Assembly (NCBI GenBank): GCA_021323355.1
Contig: JAJONK010000001.1
Coordinates: forward strand, 1-33,068
DNA: 33,068 nucleotides
Reading direction: 5' to 3'
DNA from: Deltaproteobacteria bacterium
GTDB taxonomy: Bacteria; Desulfobacterota; Binatia; UBA9968
Shown here: piece after piece, positions 28,216 through 33,068 of the stretch
Position numbering within the stretch: position 1 is the first letter of the stretch
Layout of the letters: each line of letters starts with the position of its first letter
Notes under the pieces: generated by a model
Told to the model about the DNA's origin: nothing
The model's input: the letters and a program-made list of their open reading frames with translations, nothing else
Databases searched by the model: none
Translations under genes and position numbers: made by a program

Positions 28216-30810
28216 ATGGAATCGCGTTACCAACCCAGAGAAATCGAAGAGAAGTGGCAGAAATTCTGGAAGGAAAATAAATCCTTTCAAGCTGCCGAAG
28301 AACAGGGAAAACCTAAGTACTACGTGCTTGAGATGTTTCCTTATCCTTCGGGCCGTATTCACATGGGCCATGTGCGCAATTATTCTATCGGTGATGTGGT
28401 TGCTCGTTACAAGCGCATGCGCGGATACAACGTGCTTCACCCCATGGGGTGGGATGCCTTCGGCCTTCCCGCGGAGAATGCTGCCATCGAACGGGGAATT
28501 CACCCCGAAAAGTGGACTCAAGAGAACATCTTGTACATGAAAGCGCAGCTCAAGCGCATGGGCCTGTCCTACGATTGGTCGCGTGAGATTGCCACTTGCC
28601 ATCCCGAATACTACCGCTGGAATCAATGGATATTTCTACAGTTCTATAAACGCGGGCTGGCATACAAGAAGAGTTCTTTAGTTAATTGGTGTCCTTCCTG
28701 CGAAACCGTCCTCGCTAATGAACAAGTGATTGAAGGCGTTTGTTGGCGCTGTGAATCGATAGTGACTCAGAAAGAATTGGATCAATGGTTTTTTCGCATC
28801 ACCGAGTACGCCGAGGAGCTGTTACAAGATCTCGAACGACTATCTGGTTGGCCCGAGAAAGTTCTGCTCATGCAGCGCAATTGGATCGGCAAATCCGTCG
28901 GCGCAGAAATCATCTTTCCGGTCGTCGGGCGTGCGGAAACGATGAAAGTTTTCACCACTCGTCCTGACACCGTATTTGGCGCCACGTTTATCTCGCTTGC
29001 GGTTGAGCATCCTTTGGTTTTGAAGCTTTCTCAAGGGCTACCACAAGAAGATGCTGTTCGAGAATTTACCGACACAGTAAAACAGCAGAAGTCGACGGGG
29101 CGCGGCAGTGAAGAAGGTGAAAAGGAAGGAATCTTCACCGGAGCGTACTGCACGAATCCCTTCACCGGTGAAAATATTCCGATTTATCTCGCGAACTTTG
29201 TTTTGATGGAGTACGGCACAGGCGCCGTCATGGCGGTGCCTGCCCACGATCAAAGGGATTTCGAATTCGCCCGCAATTATGGATTGCCGATCCGCGTTGT
29301 GATTCAACCCGCGGGCAGCGTTCTGCGCGCCGAAGATTTAACCGAAGCGTATGTTGATGAAGGCATGATGGTCAATAGCGGGCCGTTCAGCGGTTTAAGC
29401 AACATCGACGGAAAAGAAAAAATTGCCGAACATCTCGAGAAAGAGGGATGGGGTAAAAAGGCCGTTCGCTACCGCCTGCGCGATTGGGGTGTGTCGCGGC
29501 AACGTTATTGGGGAACGCCGATTCCGATTATCTACTGTGAGCGTTGTGGCGTCATGCCCGTGCCTGAAGATCAGCTGCCTGTTACCCTTCCCATCGATGT
29601 GCCGTTTACCGGCAAGGGCCGCTCTCCGCTTGCTGCCAGTAAAAATTTTACTGATGTTCAGTGCCCCCAATGCGGCGTCGCCGCTCGTCGCGAAACCGAC
29701 ACCATGGATACTTTTGTTGATTCGTCCTGGTATTACTTGCGTTACGCTTCTCCGAGAACGATTACTGCTCCCTTTGACGCTAAGCAGGCCGAGTACTGGA
29801 TGGCAGTGGATCAATATATCGGCGGTGTCGAGCATGCCGTGCTGCACCTGCTCTATGCTCGGTTCTTTACCAAAGCTCTGAGAGACGTTGGGCTTGCTAA
29901 AATGGACGAGCCTTTTACCAATCTTCTTACCCAAGGAATGGTTTGCAAAGAAACCTATCGCTGCCTGGAGCATAATTGGCTCCTGCCCACCGAACTTGCC
30001 GGTTCGGAAAAGGCTGGATGGCGCTGCCCTCATTGCACACGGCCGGTCGAAAAGGGCCGCGTTGAAAAAATGTCCAAGTCGAAGAAAAACATCGTCGATC
30101 CGGAAGAACTTGTCGCAGCCTATGGCGCCGACACGGCTCGGCTATTCACCTTGTTTGCGGCTCCTCCCGAGAAGGATCTTGAATGGAGCGATCAAGGAGT
30201 AGAGGGGGCGTCTCGGTTTCTAAGTCGGCTGTGGCGCTTTGTTTCACAGCATCGAGAAATGCTGCTTGTTGACGATGCCGATTTGGGACAGCTCAACGGA
30301 GCCGCTGAGCTCCGTGACCTCCGTCGCATGATCCACCGGACGATCAAGAAGGTCACGGATGATATCGATGGAAGATTTCACTTCAATACCGCGATTGCGG
30401 CTATTATGGAGCTCTTTAACGCGCTCAGTATTGCCGCGACCCGGGACGGAGGACGCTTGGCTGCGCCGGTGATCCGGACCGGCATGGAAACGATCATACA
30501 ACTTCTCTATCCATTCGTGCCGCACTTGATGAGCGAACTCTGGCAAAACATCAACAAAAGCCAGCCACTGGATCAAATACCCTGGCCGGAGTATTCACCG
30601 GAGGCGCTCGAAGAAGAGCAACTTCTTATCGTCTTGCAAGTCAACGGCAAAGTGCGCGGGAAAATGACCGTCCCTGCCGATATCCAGAGAGATCAAGTTG
30701 AGACTGACGCTCTGGCAGAGCCAAGGATTAAAGCTTTTATCGGCGGGAAAAAGGTCCAGCGGGTCGTTTACGTACCGCGGAGGCTGGTCAACATTGTCTT
30801 GGAGGGATGA
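28216..30810 (+). CDS. leuS: Leucine--tRNA ligase
   Basis: The start is trimmed to ATG 28216, 5 nt after the nusB stop, giving [18 protein letters not shown]. The HIGH motif appears as [15 protein letters not shown], the CP1 editing domain is present, and KMSKS appears as KMSKSKKN. The product is 864 aa. Confidence 0.97.
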   Translation: MESRYQPREIEEKWQKFWKENKSFQAAEEQGKPKYYVLEMFPYPSGRIHMGHVRNYSIGDVVARYKRMRGYNVLHPMGWDAFGLPAENAAIERGIHPEKWTQENILYMKAQLKRMGLSYDWSREIATCHPEYYRWNQWIFLQFYKRGLAYKKSSLVNWCPSCETVLANEQVIEGVCWRCESIVTQKELDQWFFRITEYAEELLQDLERLSGWPEKVLLMQRNWIGKSVGAEIIFPVVGRAETMKVFTTRPDTVFGATFISLAVEHPLVLKLSQGLPQEDAVREFTDTVKQQKSTGRGSEEGEKEGIFTGAYCTNPFTGENIPIYLANFVLMEYGTGAVMAVPAHDQRDFEFARNYGLPIRVVIQPAGSVLRAEDLTEAYVDEGMMVNSGPFSGLSNIDGKEKIAEHLEKEGWGKKAVRYRLRDWGVSRQRYWGTPIPIIYCERCGVMPVPEDQLPVTLPIDVPFTGKGRSPLAASKNFTDVQCPQCGVAARRETDTMDTFVDSSWYYLRYASPRTITAPFDAKQAEYWMAVDQYIGGVEHAVLHLLYARFFTKALRDVGLAKMDEPFTNLLTQGMVCKETYRCLEHNWLLPTELAGSEKAGWRCPHCTRPVEKGRVEKMSKSKKNIVDPEELVAAYGADTARLFTLFAAPPEKDLEWSDQGVEGASRFLSRLWRFVSQHREMLLVDDADLGQLNGAAELRDLRRMIHRTIKKVTDDIDGRFHFNTAIAAIMELFNALSIAATRDGGRLAAPVIRTGMETIIQLLYPFVPHLMSELWQNINKSQPLDQIPWPEYSPEALEEEQLLIVLQVNGKVRGKMTVPADIQRDQVETDALAEPRIKAFIGGKKVQRVVYVPRRLVNIVLEG

Positions 30811-30813
30811 GGC

Positions 30814-31437
30814 TTGAAAAATACTCTGCGGCAAACTATGGAACAGGCCAGTGCGTTAACCACCCTCGGTTACCTTTGTGCCGCTCTGTTAATAGCTGGC
30901 TGCGGCTATTCATTTGCCGGACGAAGCGAGGCTTTTCCGAACGACATTCGGACGGTTTACATTGAACCGTTCATCAATCAAACGCGCAATGTCGGTCTGG
31001 AGAAAGAACTAACCTCGGCGCTGCGTAGCGAATTTTACCGGCGCGGGCAACTCCGTGTGGTTGATACGCTTGATCAAGCCGACGGGATTGTTGCGGGAGT
31101 CGTGCGCTCGTTTGACAGCCATGTCGCTTCGGTTAACCGCTACGACGAAGTGCTTCAGTATGAAACGGCCATGGTTGTCGATGCATCGCTGCGTCGTCGA
31201 GAGCCAAATGAAATTATCTGGCGAACCCAAGGCACGCGCCTGACGGATATCTCTGGCGGCTCCCGGGCCGCGGTAGTGACCAGCTCCTCGGAATTCAAAA
31301 CCAGGACGTTGGACGCGTCGGACGTTCGTCGGCTGACTGATATCCAATTGACCGAGACAGAAAACCGCGCGGTGCGGGGACAGCTAGTCGAGCGTTTTGC
31401 GCGAGAGCTGCATCAAAGATTGATGGAGATGTTCTAA
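30814..31437 (+). CDS. lptE: LPS-assembly lipoprotein LptE-like
   Basis: A signal peptide and lipobox (LLIAGCGYSFAG) are present. The length of about 200 aa and the pattern after the Cys (CGY.F.G...P....TVYIEPF.N.T) fit the LptE/RlpB family. The gene sits in the conserved position immediately after leuS. The start is TTG 30814 or ATG 30838. Confidence 0.7.
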   Translation: MKNTLRQTMEQASALTTLGYLCAALLIAGCGYSFAGRSEAFPNDIRTVYIEPFINQTRNVGLEKELTSALRSEFYRRGQLRVVDTLDQADGIVAGVVRSFDSHVASVNRYDEVLQYETAMVVDASLRRREPNEIIWRTQGTRLTDISGGSRAAVVTSSSEFKTRTLDASDVRRLTDIQLTETENRAVRGQLVERFARELHQRLMEMF

Positions 31438-31485
31438 CGCCGACAGTCCCGTGGCCGCATTCGACGGATAGCGAGGGTACGCTTG

Positions 31486-31758
31486 CTATGCAGAAGGGGA
31501 GGTGCGAGCGGCCGCCCGTGCCAACCGGGAAAGCCAGCGTGATGCGGTATTTCGATTGATGATTCCCTTGCTCACCGCCTTACCGAGTGCCTTATTGACG
31601 GCCTTGATATCAGCGCCCTGAGAATCGGGTGTTTGAGTTGAGACTGCTTGGCGCGCTTTTTTGATCAAGGTCCTCACCTTGGATCTCGTCTCCTGGTTTC
31701 TTGCCTTTCGTTTCAGACTTTGCCTGTGTCTTTTAATTACCGACGGATGAACTGCCAA
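31486..31758 (-). CDS. rpsT: 30S ribosomal protein S20
   Basis: The start is trimmed to the in-frame TTG at 31758, which is preceded by AGGAGG plus 6 nt. This gives MAVHPSVIKRHRQSLKRKARNQETRSKVRTLIKKA...KGIINRNTASR, typical of S20. The track's extra 13 codons lack an RBS. Confidence 0.92.
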   Translation of the reverse strand: MAVHPSVIKRHRQSLKRKARNQETRSKVRTLIKKARQAVSTQTPDSQGADIKAVNKALGKAVSKGIINRNTASRWLSRLARAAARTSPSA

Positions 31759-31817
31759 AGCTAGCCTCCTAAGATAATGTTTCCATTTACCTACCATCTT
31801 GGGTTATCGGAGTCAAT

Positions 31818-33068
31818 TTGAACGAGGAAGCCGGGAAATTAACGCGGGCCGCCGGAGTGGTAGGCTTTTTCACCTTGCTCAGCCGAGTCTCGGGTTTGTT
31901 TCGCGATGTTGTTATCGGGTTTCTCTTCGGCGCGCAGGGTGCCGCCGATGCCTACTTCGTCGCCTTCAGAATACCCAATCTTTTGCGGCGGCTTACAGCG
32001 GAAGGCGCTTTGACCGTAGCCTTTATACCGGTCTTTACCAACTACCTGGCCAAAGAAGGAAAGGCCGAGGCGATTAAAGTCACGCAAATTGTATTTACCT
32101 TTTTAGCTATATTTCTCGCTTTGATTACATTGTTAGGGATCGTTTTTGCCCGCCCTCTTACTCAGTTCTTCGCTCCCGGTTTTGTCCAGGAGCCTGAGAA
32201 ATTTGAAATGGCGGTGTCGCTGACCCGTTGGATGTTTCCCTATATCTTTTTCGTCAGTCTGGTTGCTTTGGCCATGGGAGTACTCAACGCACTGCGCCAT
32301 TTCATGGCGCCAGCGATGTCGCCCGTTCTATTCAACCTCTGCAATATCGCCTGCGCAATTCTGTTTTACCCGTTGCTGGATGAACCGATCCTTGGGCTGG
32401 CGTTCGGAGTTCTGATCGGTGGAGCGGCGCAGCTTTTATTTCAGATACCTTATTTGCTGAAACAAGGTATTCATTTGCGGTTTAATTTTAATTTAAAACA
32501 CCCGGGGCTGGGTCGCCTGTTGTATCTGATGGGACCAGCGGCGTTCGGCGCGGCGGTGTATCAAATCAACGTTCTGGTTAGCACTATGCTGGCTTCCTTT
32601 CTGCCGAGCGGAAGCGTTTCTTATCTGTATTATGCAGATCGATTTTTAGAGTTTCCGGTGGGAATTTTTGCTATAGCCCTGGGCACGGCAGCCCTGCCCA
32701 GCTTTTCCACATTGGTGGTTACGGGTAACGTCAAAGAGCTTCGCGCGACGCTGGCGTACGCGCTCAGAATCGTTAATTTCATTTGTTTACCCGCGACAGC
32801 CGGCTTAGCTGTCCTGGCGGTTCCGCTATTCGCGATCTTTTTTCAACGAGGCGCGTTCGATTCGACCGCCACGCTGAACTCGGCTCAAGCCCTTATTTTT
32901 TTTTCATTCGGGCTCTGGAGTATCTCAGGGACGAAGTTAGTCGCGCCAGTGTTCTATGCAATGGAGGACACTAAAACCCCCGTATTTGTTGGAATCATAG
33001 CGTTTGTCATAAACCTCGTTGCCAGTCTTGCGCTGATGGGTGAGATCAATGTCGATGGCAATTCCGCC
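31818..33068 (+). CDS. murJ: Lipid II flippase MurJ. The gene is partial and continues past the window end.
   Basis: The gene is absent from the ORF track because it has no stop codon in the window. Hand translation from TTG 31818 gives 417 codons without a stop: LNEEAGKLTRAAGVVGFFTLLSRVSGLFRDVVIGFLFGAQGAADAYFVAFRIPNLLRRLTAEGALTVAFIPVF...YYADRFLEFPVGIFAIALGTAALP. These are the MurJ/MviN signatures. Confidence 0.93.
   Translation, partial: MNEEAGKLTRAAGVVGFFTLLSRVSGLFRDVVIGFLFGAQGAADAYFVAFRIPNLLRRLTAEGALTVAFIPVFTNYLAKEGKAEAIKVTQIVFTFLAIFLALITLLGIVFARPLTQFFAPGFVQEPEKFEMAVSLTRWMFPYIFFVSLVALAMGVLNALRHFMAPAMSPVLFNLCNIACAILFYPLLDEPILGLAFGVLIGGAAQLLFQIPYLLKQGIHLRFNFNLKHPGLGRLLYLMGPAAFGAAVYQINVLVSTMLASFLPSGSVSYLYYADRFLEFPVGIFAIALGTAALPSFSTLVVTGNVKELRATLAYALRIVNFICLPATAGLAVLAVPLFAIFFQRGAFDSTATLNSAQALIFFSFGLWSISGTKLVAPVFYAMEDTKTPVFVGIIAFVINLVASLALMGEINVDGNSA

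Noticed and set aside
31799-32077. A 92 aa + strand ORF lies at the rpsT/murJ junction.
   Set aside because: It is out of frame with, and fully overlapped by, the open-ended murJ reading frame starting at 31818. That frame carries clear MurJ motifs. The 92 aa peptide is Arg-rich and looks like noise.
1-33068. I searched the whole window for CRISPR arrays, IS or transposase genes, integrases, phage genes, toxin-antitoxin pairs and long direct or inverted repeats.
   Set aside because: I saw none by eye. The only repetitive stretches are coding low-complexity regions: the TM-encoding ATCAAC repeats near 10320-10350 and the Ala/Pro/Lys linker at 16130-16250.

Overview
This window is a compact, gene-dense chromosomal segment from a diderm (LPS-producing) bacterium. 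I cannot assign a taxon from the sequence alone. Most genes are core housekeeping genes on the + strand. In order they are: a partial exported SAM-methyltransferase (-), a roughly 1.1 kb stretch with no confident gene, acnA, an MBL-fold hydrolase, rlpA and a fatty-acid-hydroxylase-family membrane protein (-), yebC-ruvC-ruvA-ruvB, DUF2905, an NtrY-like sensor kinase, a receiver-domain::LpxC fusion, DUF2203, queG, a 4HBT thioesterase (-), a lipoprotein, a HtrA-like PDZ protein lacking its catalytic triad (-), yceD-rpmF-plsX-fabD-fabG-acpP, rpiB-glyA, nrdR-ribD-ribE-ribBA-ribH-nusB, leuS-lptE, rpsT (-) and a partial murJ. Two genes that run off the window edges are absent from the ORF track, and I recovered them by hand translation (methyltransferase 1..372 on the - strand, murJ 31818..33068 on the + strand). 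Several track ORFs have spurious 5' extensions (leuS, nrdR, rpmF, acpP, rpiB), and I give trimmed starts for these. I saw no rRNA, tRNA, CRISPR array, IS element or long repeat. The most interesting feature is at 10105..13682. A membrane sensor histidine kinase with NtrY-type architecture overlaps by ATGA a response regulator whose output module is a complete LpxC with all catalytic residues present, instead of an NtrX/NtrC-type AAA+/HTH module. LpxC catalyses the committed step of lipid A synthesis, so this predicts phosphorelay control of that step. The second notable item is a cytoplasmic HtrA/DegP-like protein in which all three catalytic-triad positions are substituted. All calls rest on my own reading of the translations and on motif knowledge. 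No database search was possible, so novelty claims are provisional.
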